In this document: piece after piece, positions 17,401 to 24,650 of the stretch
Layout of the letters: the number at the start of each line of letters is the position of its first letter
Numbering within the stretch: position 1 is the stretch's first letter
Source of the DNA: a virus
Lineage: Duplodnaviria; Caudoviricetes
Reading direction: 5' to 3' (one strand)
IMG/VR virus record: IMGVR_UViG_3300032226_000613
Span: 1 to 41,319 of that record
Length of the DNA: 41,319 nucleotides
Made by a program: the position numbers and the translations under genes
The notes under the pieces: generated by a model
Told to the model about the DNA's origin: nothing
Seen by the model: the letters and a program-made list of their open reading frames with translations, nothing else
Databases searched by the model: none

Positions 17401-17714
17401 TGGCCGACGCGCTGATTAACGCCAATGCGGGCCCCAGCTCGACGAGCGGGATTGTGCGGTTTTTGTACGGCGCTACTACTTTGGGGCTTGTTATGGCTGG
17501 GACGGTTTATGTGCGCATCACGATGGGCAACACGGTGGAGGTGCAGTCGCTGGCGTTGATGCAGGGCACCAACTCACTCGACTTGTCGACGACCACGCTG
17601 CTGCAGTCCATCATTGCCAACGTTGCGGAGCTGCCCACTCTGCCGGAGATTGAGGCGTCGACAAGCCTGGCAAAAGAGTCGACCGCGCAGGCGGTGCTGG
17701 GCTTGAGCCTGTGA
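14460..17714 (+). CDS. 1084-aa Thr/Ala/Ser/Asn-rich beta-structured protein, putative accessory fibre or depolymerase
   Basis: G8-like N-terminus (SAQSG..TW.GGVVP...DTVTIAAGH); NC-periodic beta-helix region; no signal peptide evident. Confidence 0.75.
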   Translation: MAAITSAQSGLRTSPSTWVGGVVPGIADTVTIAAGHVITNEGDWITGGDTAGGFVVRGTVKASRTVNSSLTVRANINLAQAGAVMDFGTNSDPIPQGVTAELVVNASATPANNKYQISQTVNGVSFRFCGAPKTRNAFLTATVSAGATSIQVTDASGWVVGDTLIIEQPTVDVVQVQTVTITSISGTTIGVSAVTLARDAGLAVSNLSCNVLIRSQVDNLVSTHYLQVSSTAAPSALVEVRNCEIRNIGYLYLNWNSGNTVPPANPATFDGCYLNSTTNANSMIGSTFGSLGMPFQNCVLVGNTGYTQQNLIHPNNSSLSISNCVFYNIGSNAFSGALGYNGLSELTATNCRFNGYWNNITIANANSHIYTNCRFRSKNSELFSATLCNVQTMDCDFGTPGSFKYLKSYGNSGGIFSMQNPIVDDVNKTNPNATYGAMKIPVYSINGAFTANRFYTYNTFALNQSAVVNRATNNIALKLNNSQTSGQYAFTFQGVAGVSQRIVGYLRHDTTYGTSNPPSISFSGAGVSGSFTSSSTVNIWEKFDITVTPTSTGTVTATVNFAGAANGTAYLDGVFQFPFITESWIYGFQKLAQVNSVVDPNITLSESAVAALTSLATYDDVHDAATYSAVVAGPTAGAYTVIATPSGTVLDFGSNTVAINSAAASAFAYSAGTATLKASALTVGLKFKTLKAPVFTLANAIGAGALVGNVTQATPTARTNVTIDGDLTHATNTPTTITMTGGTVTGTNSNTGTALVTVRLAGGATIGTVGANVVTQIVTAISITGLTAGSSIYIADATGTQVDYVASSGTSYTLDTTGGTGTWIYKVRRYGYLDQSGTFAPAASSASVPAIYIADTQVADTLGSVLAYADLASSQQMYDYSRYWSTTAAGIAAPQVLAKAYGLLSASAALALDPAATKLLAYDGTTVTTKTSALLEAVTLVASGAFTSGAGLATTVAVRASNLDSELLFAGVSGITLYATLADALINANAGPSSTSGIVRFLYGATTLGLVMAGTVYVRITMGNTVEVQSLALMQGTNSLDLSTTTLLQSIIANVAELPTLPEIEASTSLAKESTAQAVLGLSL

Positions 17715-17746
17715 CTGTAATTTGTGAACGTTTTTGAAAGGTACCC

Positions 17747-18097
17747 ATGACGATTGAACTAACTATGGTCAACCTGGCTGGGCTTGCCACGGCCTTTATC
17801 GGCGTGCTTTGGGCGCTGGTGAAGGTGATTGCTGCGCAGCAGGAGCGCAGCCTGGAAACGCGTTTCAAAGCGCTTTCTGACAGCTTGGTGGGGGTGAACA
17901 ACTCCATCGCCCGCGAACAGGAGACCACCCAGCGACTGGAGCGTGAGCTGCTGCAGTTCAAGGCCGAGCTGCCGCGTGACTACGTGCGGCGTGAGGACTT
18001 TATACGGGCGGTGGGCACCATCGAGACCAAGATTGACAACATGGCGCTGCGCATGGAGCGCGCGGTGCTGAGCGGCCAGATAGGAGGCAAGGCATGA
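17747..18097 (+). CDS. Membrane-anchored coiled-coil protein (Mu gp25 position)
   Basis: N-terminal TM helix, coiled coil, LPRDYVRREDF. Confidence 0.75.
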   Translation: MTIELTMVNLAGLATAFIGVLWALVKVIAAQQERSLETRFKALSDSLVGVNNSIAREQETTQRLERELLQFKAELPRDYVRREDFIRAVGTIETKIDNMALRMERAVLSGQIGGKA

Positions 18098-18408
18098 ACA
18101 CGATGCAATTGGCGCAGATTCGGCGCGGGGCTATTCGGTGGCACCTCATTGCGGCGATCAATATCAGCCGGCCGCACGGCATCAACACCCCGGCGCTGCT
18201 GCCGATCATCCAGTCGGTGTACCAGGATGCGTCTGAGCACGAGATTCGGCGCGAGCTGGACTACCTGGAAGAGCGCAACCTGGTGAAGATCGCCCGTGAC
18301 CCGCTGGACAATTGGGCGGTGGACCTGACGCGCTACGGCATTGACGTAGCGGAGTACACGGTGGATTGCGAGCCAGGCTTGAGCCGCCCTCGCATTACCC
18401 AGGGCTAG
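18094..18408 (+). CDS. Mu gp26-like winged-helix protein
   Basis: RW.LI..., EIRRELDYLEERNLV, LTRYGIDVAEY..PGLSRP. Confidence 0.8.
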   Translation: MNTMQLAQIRRGAIRWHLIAAINISRPHGINTPALLPIIQSVYQDASEHEIRRELDYLEERNLVKIARDPLDNWAVDLTRYGIDVAEYTVDCEPGLSRPRITQG

Positions 18409-18413
18409 CACGC

Positions 18414-18947
18414 ATGCCCCCGCGCACAAAGATAGAGACGCTGCCCAAGGCGGTGAAGGAATGGCTGGACGCTGCCCTGCTGGACAACGGCTTTGCCAAG
18501 TACGAGCTGCTGGCAACAGAGCTGGAGGCCAAGGGCCACGCCATTGGCAAAAGCAGCTTGCACCGGTACGGCAGCAAGTTTGAGCAGCGCATGGCGCAGC
18601 TCAAGGCCAGCACCGAGCAGGCCAAGGCGGTGGTGGCGGCCAGCCCAGACGACGAAGGCGCTATGAGCGAGGCGCTGATCCGGCTGACGCAGGACAAGCT
18701 TTTTGGCGTGCTGGTAGACCTGGAGGTGGACCCGGAGACGATCAGCATCACCAAGGTGACCAAGAGCATTGCCGACCTGGCGCGCAGCTCGATCAGCCAA
18801 AAGAAGTGGCAGATTGAAGTGCGCACCAAGGCGGCTGAGCGCATGAAGGCGGTGGAGGCCGAGGCCAAAGCCTTGCAGGGCGAGACCCGCGATGTGGCGC
18901 TGGCCATGCTGGAAAAGGTGCGCGCGGTGTACGAAGGGGCTATGTGA
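18414..18947 (+). CDS. DUF3486 / Mu gp27, putative small terminase
   Basis: MPPRTKIETLP...IGKSSLHRYG; immediately upstream of terL. Confidence 0.85.
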   Translation: MPPRTKIETLPKAVKEWLDAALLDNGFAKYELLATELEAKGHAIGKSSLHRYGSKFEQRMAQLKASTEQAKAVVAASPDDEGAMSEALIRLTQDKLFGVLVDLEVDPETISITKVTKSIADLARSSISQKKWQIEVRTKAAERMKAVEAEAKALQGETRDVALAMLEKVRAVYEGAM

Positions 18948-20278
18948 TGGCCCAGGGGATGCTCTACCCGTACCAGGTGCGCTGGCTCAAGGACAAGAGC
19001 CGCTTCAAGCTGGGGCGCTTTGCCCGGCAGACGGGTAAGACGTTCACCACCACGCTGGAGATCGTGGACGACGTGCACGAGGCAGAGATCAAGAAGACGC
19101 GGGCGCCGTGGGTGATCTTGAGCAGGGGCGAGCGCCAGGCGCAGGAGGCGATGGAAGAAGGCGTGATGCGCCACAACGCGGCCTATGGCGCGGCGCTGAA
19201 GGTGGCGCGCGAGGATGCTGACTTTTACGACGAGGACAGCGGCATCCGGCGGCGGGCGTTGCAACTGATCTACCCCGGCGGCAACAAGATTACGGCGCTG
19301 CCGGCCAACCCGGACACGGCGCGGGGCTTCTCGGCCAACGTGTTCCTGGACGAATTTGCTTTTCACAAAGACAGCCGCAAGATCTGGACGGCGCTTTTCC
19401 CTGTGATATCGGCGGGCTGGCGGCTGCGGGTGACCAGCACGCCCAACGGCAAGGGCAACAAGTTTTATGACCTGGCCACCAGCACTGACGCGATCTGGAG
19501 CCAGCACGTGGTGGACATTCACCAGGCGATACGCGAGGGCCTGCCGCGCTGTGCCGAGGAGCTGCGGGCCGCCCTGATGGACGAGGACGCCTGGAACCAG
19601 GAGTTTTTGCTGGAGTGGCTGGACGAGGCGAGCGCCTGGCTGAGCTACGACCTGATCAACAGCGTAGAGCATGACCATGCCGGCATCCCTGAGCACTACA
19701 CCGGCGGGCCTTGCTTTGTGGGCGTGGACATTGCGACCCGGTCAGACAACTTTGTGATTTGGGTAGACGAGCTGCTGGGCGACGTGTTGTGGAACCGCGA
19801 AACCATCGTCAAAAAGCGCATCAGCTTTACCGAGATGGACGCGCTACAGGACGATGTAGAGCAGCGCTACAACGTGGTGCGCTACTGCATGGACCAGACG
19901 GGCATGGGCGAAAAGCCGGTTGAAGACGCCAAGAAGCGCTATGGCAAGCACCGGGTGGAGGGCGTGCTCTTTACCGGGCCCAACAAGCTGCAGCTGGCCA
20001 CATTGATCAAACAGAGCTTTGAAGACCGCCAGAGCCGTATCCCCATGGCCGACGAAAAGCTGCGGGCTGACCTGCACAAGGTGCGCAAGATTCAAAGCCC
20101 CACGGGCGCGCCGCGTTTTGACGCCGACAGCGATGCCAATGGCCACGCGGACCGGTTTTGGGCCAAGGCGCTGGCCTGCCTGGCAGCGCACGGCAACCTG
20201 GGGCCGGTCAAGGTAGCGAGCCGTACTGCGGGGGCTTCTAGGCCGGTGAGCAGCCAGCTGGCGGGGTACTTGGGATGA
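18947..20278 (+). CDS. terL: Large terminase subunit
   Basis: LYPYQ, ARQTGKT Walker A, FLDEFAFH, STPNGK, GVDIA, DQTGMG, HADRFWA. Confidence 0.95.
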   Translation: MAQGMLYPYQVRWLKDKSRFKLGRFARQTGKTFTTTLEIVDDVHEAEIKKTRAPWVILSRGERQAQEAMEEGVMRHNAAYGAALKVAREDADFYDEDSGIRRRALQLIYPGGNKITALPANPDTARGFSANVFLDEFAFHKDSRKIWTALFPVISAGWRLRVTSTPNGKGNKFYDLATSTDAIWSQHVVDIHQAIREGLPRCAEELRAALMDEDAWNQEFLLEWLDEASAWLSYDLINSVEHDHAGIPEHYTGGPCFVGVDIATRSDNFVIWVDELLGDVLWNRETIVKKRISFTEMDALQDDVEQRYNVVRYCMDQTGMGEKPVEDAKKRYGKHRVEGVLFTGPNKLQLATLIKQSFEDRQSRIPMADEKLRADLHKVRKIQSPTGAPRFDADSDANGHADRFWAKALACLAAHGNLGPVKVASRTAGASRPVSSQLAGYLG

Positions 20279-20391
20279 GGCAATCCATTAAACGGGCCTA
20301 TAAGGCCCGGAAACGCTTTCAGGCACCTACCCCCTTGCCAAAATATTTTAAGGGTGCCTGCAAGGCTTGGCAACGGGTTACTGCGTCATGT

Positions 20392-21153
20392 TCAAGGGCC
20401 GGGCCTGGCCCCAAAACAAGATTTGTGCGCCGCGTGCGTTTTGATGCCCGCACTTTTGTAGGTGCCGCTGACCAGTCGGCAGGCTTTGCTCGTACTGATG
20501 CCAAGCAGTTCGCCCGCTTGTCGGAAGGTCAGGCCTTTGACGCGAATCAAGGTGTAGAGCTGTGGGAGCAGCGCGGCGTTTTTGTCATCGACGGACGGGC
20601 TAGCTGCTTTCACTCTGATTTTTTGGAGCGTAGTGTGGCTGCCAAAGGTCTCAGCCCAGGTTTGGATTCCCTCTGCGCTCATTTGTTTATTGAGCAGTCC
20701 GCGCCGCAGACGGCTGGCCGTTGCTTCACCCAGCCCGGCCAGCCCGGCTGCGTAGGTTTGGCTGTGCCCATCGCACATCAACTCATACATGCGCCGAATT
20801 CTTTCGGGAGAAAGGTCGTGCATCACACGCATTCTTGTTGGACCTTGGGCTTTGACAGAGACGGATGCCGCTTTCGCAATCGGGTGCTCAAGCGCAGGCA
20901 GATCGGCGGCCTGGCTGGCCAAGCCAACACTGCGCATCAAGTCGCCCAATGCCCGGATATCAAAAAGCAGACCTTGCTCAGTGTCTTGCAGATAGTCGGG
21001 GAAGTGCGTCGCTGCGTGCGCGGCCAAGCGCATTTGGTCAAAGTGCTTTGCGCTTACAGATCGCAGCTTGACCAGTGTGCGATCCTGGTGAACCCATGCG
21101 GTCAGGGTCACAGATTGATAACGCAAAGTCTTGTAAACAGGTTTTTTAGCCAT
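20392..21153 (-). CDS. Antisense moron-like protein with two HTH motifs
   Basis: GHSQTYAAGLAGLGEATASRLRRG and GLTFRQAGELLGISTSKACRLVSG; start at MAKKPVYK after an AT-rich spacer. Confidence 0.7.
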   Translation of the reverse strand: MAKKPVYKTLRYQSVTLTAWVHQDRTLVKLRSVSAKHFDQMRLAAHAATHFPDYLQDTEQGLLFDIRALGDLMRSVGLASQAADLPALEHPIAKAASVSVKAQGPTRMRVMHDLSPERIRRMYELMCDGHSQTYAAGLAGLGEATASRLRRGLLNKQMSAEGIQTWAETFGSHTTLQKIRVKAASPSVDDKNAALLPQLYTLIRVKGLTFRQAGELLGISTSKACRLVSGTYKSAGIKTHAAHKSCFGARPGP

Positions 21154-21186
21154 GTAAATATTGTTTCTGGAAAGAATAAATCTTAA

Positions 21187-22734
21187 ATGAAAACAGGAAT
21201 CTACATATCGCCGACCGAATTTCGGTCTTTTGCGGACCGATCTGAGCCGATGGGCCGAAATGCGCTGTCTGGCCAGATTGCAAGCCGCCTGGCTGCTGGA
21301 GACTTGTCGAGCATGTTTGGGCTGTTGCCCAACCCGGACCCTGTGCTCAAGCAGATGGGCAAACAGATTGACGTGTACCGCAACTTGCTGGTGGATCCAC
21401 TGGTCAAGGGCGCGCGGGGGCGGCGCGTGGCTGCCGTACTTAGTATGGAGCAAGGGTTTGACCTGGAGGAATCTAAAGAGACGCCGGCGCGGGTGCTGAA
21501 GGCGATGGAGGCGATGTTTGCCCGGCTCGACTTGCAGCGCATCGTGCGCGAGCAGATCGACGGCGCTTTCTTTGGCTACCGCGTGAGCGAGGTGATGTGG
21601 AGCAGCCAGGCTGGCATGCCACTGCCCGTCGACCTGGTGGGCAAGCCGGCCGAGTGGTTTGGATTTGAGCCCGAAGACGGCGCGCTGCGCTTTCGGCCCC
21701 GCATGTCCACCACCGGGGTGGCGGTGCCTGAGCGCAAGTTTGTGGTGGTGGGCAAGGGGCGCGGCTGGGAGACGCCGTACGGCGAGCCTGACCTGGCGGC
21801 TTGCTTTTGGCCGGTGACATTCAAGCGGGCGGGCTTTAAGTTTTGGGCGACGTTCACCGAAAAATATGGCATGCCCTGGGCGGTGGGCAAGCTGCCACGC
21901 CAGGCGGCGCAGCCGGACGTGGACGACTTGGCAGCCAAGCTGGATGCGATGGTGCGGGATGCGGTGGCGGTGATACCGGATGACGCCTCGGTCGAATTTT
22001 TGACTGCCCAGGGCTCGGCCAACTCGGACCTGTATGAGAAGTTCTTGATGTTTTGCCGATCGGAGATCAGCATTGCGCTGCTGGGCAACAACCAAAGCGT
22101 GGAGCTGCAGAGCAACAAGGCCAGTGCCACGGCGGCGCAGAGCGTGGAAGCGGACGTGCGCGATGGCGACGCGCAGATGATTGCCGCCGGGCTGAACCAG
22201 CTGGTGCGCTATGCCTGCGAGGTCAACTTTCCAGGCGCCATTCCGCCGGTGTATGCGTTCTGGGAACAAGAAGAGGTGGACGGGGCGCTGGCCGAGCGGG
22301 ACGAAAAGCTTAGCCGGGCCGGGGTGAAGTTCACCAACACTTACTGGCAGCGGGCCTACCACCTGGAAGCCAGCGACCTGGCCGAGCGGTCCGATCCGGC
22401 TGCAGCAGCCCCAGCCGCACTAGGAGCAGCACCAGGAGCGGCCAGCTTTGCCGACGCGGCGGATGCCGACTCGGTGCCCGCTGACCAGGCTGCGCTGGAT
22501 GCGGCCATCGGCCAGCTTCCGGTGGACAAGCTGCAGGCGGCCATGAAAACGCTTTTGCAACCGGCCTTAATGGCCATTGAAACCGCGCAGACGCCCGAGC
22601 AAGTACAGCAGGCGCTGGCCGATGCGTGGCCTGAGATGGACACCACGGCGCTGCAAACGCTGATGGAGCGGGCCTATTTTGTGGCTGACCTGATGGGCCG
22701 GGACGCTGTGAACGAGGAGGCGGGCCAGGCATGA
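21187..22734 (+). CDS. Portal protein (Mu gp29, DUF935)
   Basis: LPNPDPVLK, FWATFTEKYGMPWAVGK, SEISIALLG; head module position. Confidence 0.92.
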   Translation: MKTGIYISPTEFRSFADRSEPMGRNALSGQIASRLAAGDLSSMFGLLPNPDPVLKQMGKQIDVYRNLLVDPLVKGARGRRVAAVLSMEQGFDLEESKETPARVLKAMEAMFARLDLQRIVREQIDGAFFGYRVSEVMWSSQAGMPLPVDLVGKPAEWFGFEPEDGALRFRPRMSTTGVAVPERKFVVVGKGRGWETPYGEPDLAACFWPVTFKRAGFKFWATFTEKYGMPWAVGKLPRQAAQPDVDDLAAKLDAMVRDAVAVIPDDASVEFLTAQGSANSDLYEKFLMFCRSEISIALLGNNQSVELQSNKASATAAQSVEADVRDGDAQMIAAGLNQLVRYACEVNFPGAIPPVYAFWEQEEVDGALAERDEKLSRAGVKFTNTYWQRAYHLEASDLAERSDPAAAAPAALGAAPGAASFADAADADSVPADQAALDAAIGQLPVDKLQAAMKTLLQPALMAIETAQTPEQVQQALADAWPEMDTTALQTLMERAYFVADLMGRDAVNEEAGQA

Positions 22735-23951
22735 TTAGCGCGCCGGACGCCAGCTACGCCATCGGCCTGGAGCCGACGGATGCGGTGAAGTACTTGCAGG
22801 GCAAGGGCGCGCAGGTGACCGGCAGCTACCGGGAGTGGCTGGACGGCCAGCATGCGCGGGCGTTTACGGTGGCGAATGTGGCCAAGCTGGACGTGCTGCA
22901 GGACATTCAGGCTAGCCTGGTCAAGGCCTTGAAAGACGGCCAGACGCTGCAAGCCTGGAAAGACGGCCTGATACCCGAGTTGCAGAAAAAGGGCTGGTGG
23001 AAGCGCGAGGGCACCACGGCGCAGCTACAAGCGGCCGGGCGGGTGAATGCCGACGGCGTGATTGCCAAGGGGCTGACGCCCCGGCGGCTGCAGACGATCT
23101 TCCAGACCAACATGCAAAGCGCCTACATGGCCGGGCGCTACAGCCAGATGATGGAGCAGGTGGACGAGCGGCCCTACTGGCAGTACGTGGCGGTGCTGGA
23201 CAGCCGCACGCGACCGGCGCACCGGGCGCTGAACGGCAAGGTGTACCGCTACGACGATGGCGCCTGGGGCGCGGTGTACCCGCCCAACGGCTACAACTGC
23301 CGCTGCCGGGTGCGGGCCTACAGCGACAGCGATATCAAGCGCCGTGGCATTGATGTGGCTAGCAGCGATGGCAAGCTCAAACAGGTGGACGTGCCACTCA
23401 AGGGCGGCGGCACGGCTGCGGTGACGCGGATTGCGGACAAGGGCCTGCCGGGCGGGAAGTTTCAGCCGGACGTGGGGTTTAGCAACAACCCGGCGCAAAC
23501 GGTATGGCAGCCGAGCCTGGAGGCGGCGGATGTGCAGCTTTCGCGCCGGTATGTGGACACGGCCATCCAGGGGCCAGCGTTTGAGCGGTTTGTGTCTGGC
23601 AAGGCGCCTGGTGCGTTCCCGGTGGCGGTGTTGCGCCAGGCGGACCGTGACGCCCTGGGCACGCAGGCGGCGGTGGCCTATATGAGCGGGGAGACAGTGG
23701 CAAAGCAGCTGGATAAGCACCCGGAGGTCACCGTGGACGACTACCGGCGCATACCCGATATGGTGGACAACGGGGAGGTGTATCAACAAGCGGCAAACCG
23801 GCTGATCTATCTGCAAGACGGGGATGTCGTGTACCGGCTGGCGCTCAAAGCTACCAAACCTAAGGACGCGCTGTTTGTGCTGAGCCTGTTCAAGACCACG
23901 CGCGCTGCTGCTGATAAAGAGGTGGCGAGCCGGATGGCGCGGCTGCGGTGA
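22731..23951 (+). CDS. MuF (gp30) head morphogenesis protein with C-terminal BECR/PBECR-like extension
   Basis: HARAFTVA, RRLQTIFQTNMQSAY.AGR, YWQY.AVLDSRTRP.H, PPNGYNCRC; extra ~110-aa domain (KHPEV..DDY...YRLALK.T...LFVLSLF). Confidence 0.88.
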   Translation: MISAPDASYAIGLEPTDAVKYLQGKGAQVTGSYREWLDGQHARAFTVANVAKLDVLQDIQASLVKALKDGQTLQAWKDGLIPELQKKGWWKREGTTAQLQAAGRVNADGVIAKGLTPRRLQTIFQTNMQSAYMAGRYSQMMEQVDERPYWQYVAVLDSRTRPAHRALNGKVYRYDDGAWGAVYPPNGYNCRCRVRAYSDSDIKRRGIDVASSDGKLKQVDVPLKGGGTAAVTRIADKGLPGGKFQPDVGFSNNPAQTVWQPSLEAADVQLSRRYVDTAIQGPAFERFVSGKAPGAFPVAVLRQADRDALGTQAAVAYMSGETVAKQLDKHPEVTVDDYRRIPDMVDNGEVYQQAANRLIYLQDGDVVYRLALKATKPKDALFVLSLFKTTRAAADKEVASRMARLR

Positions 23952-24036
23952 CGTTGCTGGCGCGATGGACCCACCACCGCTAGCCCTCATCACACCAGAC
24001 GGTATGGGGTCGGAAGGTATTCCGAAGCCAGCAACG
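23952..24036 (+). ncRNA. Candidate structured RNA (four-way junction) directly after muF
   Basis: Perfect 10-bp closing stem CGTTGCTGGC/GCCAGCAACG enclosing three hairpins. Confidence 0.5.
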
Positions 24037-24048
24037 GGAAGATTTTAG

Positions 24049-24582
24049 ATGATTGAAATGAGAATTGACTACTCGGCGGTGATGTCGGCGATGCGCAAGG
24101 CGGCGGGTGAAATGGGCAATGCCAGGCCGCTGATGAGCAGCGTGGCAAGCATCATGGCCAGCGCGGTGGAGGACAACTTTGCAGCCGAAGGCCGGCCCAA
24201 GTGGCAAGACCTGCACCCCGGCACCAAGGCCGGGCGCGCCAAGAAAGGCACTTGGCCGGGAGAAATACTGCGGCGCACGGGCGGGCTGGCAACATCGATA
24301 CAGCAGAGCTTTGACGCGCGCCAGGCGGTGGTGGGCACGAACAAGGTGTATGCCGCGATCCAGCAGTTTGGCGGCAAGACGAAGCCGCATGTGATCCGGG
24401 CCAAGACCCGGAGGGCACTATCATTTGGTGGCATTGTGGTGCGCCAGGTGAACCACCCCGGCAGCAACATTCCGGCGCGGCCGTTCTTGCGGCTGGAGCC
24501 GCGCGACTTGCGTGACATTGTGCTGGCCAGCCAACGGCACTACGCCAAGGCGCTGGCACGCAACGGGCTGCAATCGACTTGA
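24049..24582 (+). CDS. Virion morphogenesis protein (Mu gpG / tail S family)
   Basis: NFAAEGRPKW, ILRRTG.L..SI, VGTNKVYAAIQQFGG, IPARPFL. Confidence 0.9.
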   Translation: MIEMRIDYSAVMSAMRKAAGEMGNARPLMSSVASIMASAVEDNFAAEGRPKWQDLHPGTKAGRAKKGTWPGEILRRTGGLATSIQQSFDARQAVVGTNKVYAAIQQFGGKTKPHVIRAKTRRALSFGGIVVRQVNHPGSNIPARPFLRLEPRDLRDIVLASQRHYAKALARNGLQST

Positions 24583-24599
24583 CGCAAGGCGGGCCAGAC

Positions 24600-24650
24600 G
24601 TGACGCCCGTCACTCTGCGCTGATGGTGCCCCGGCCCCGAACATTGGGGC
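24600..24650 (+). promoter_or_regulatory. Late (head, PI-like) promoter, Mor/C-type
   Basis: GTGAC-GCCC-GTCAC-TCTG begins 51 nt before the ATG; matches 12320. Confidence 0.7.

Noticed and set aside
17747-18097. i-spanin (Rz)
   Set aside because: The TM plus coiled coil fits, but the LP..YVRREDF motif and position match the gp25-like family, and no overlapping lipoprotein ORF was seen.
18395-19696. Long antisense ORFs (also 8259-9299, 12396-13397, 23025-23993, 26134-27207, 29341-30324, 33753-34928)
   Set aside because: They are shadows of well-supported genes in GC-rich DNA, with no recognisable motifs.
20392-22362. 656-aa minus-strand ORF
   Set aside because: The part above 21153 is the antisense shadow of the portal; only 20392-21153 looks protein-like.
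23952-24036. tRNA gene or intrinsic terminator
   Set aside because: No T-loop TTCRA consensus, no 7-nt anticodon loop, no CCA end and no U-tract.
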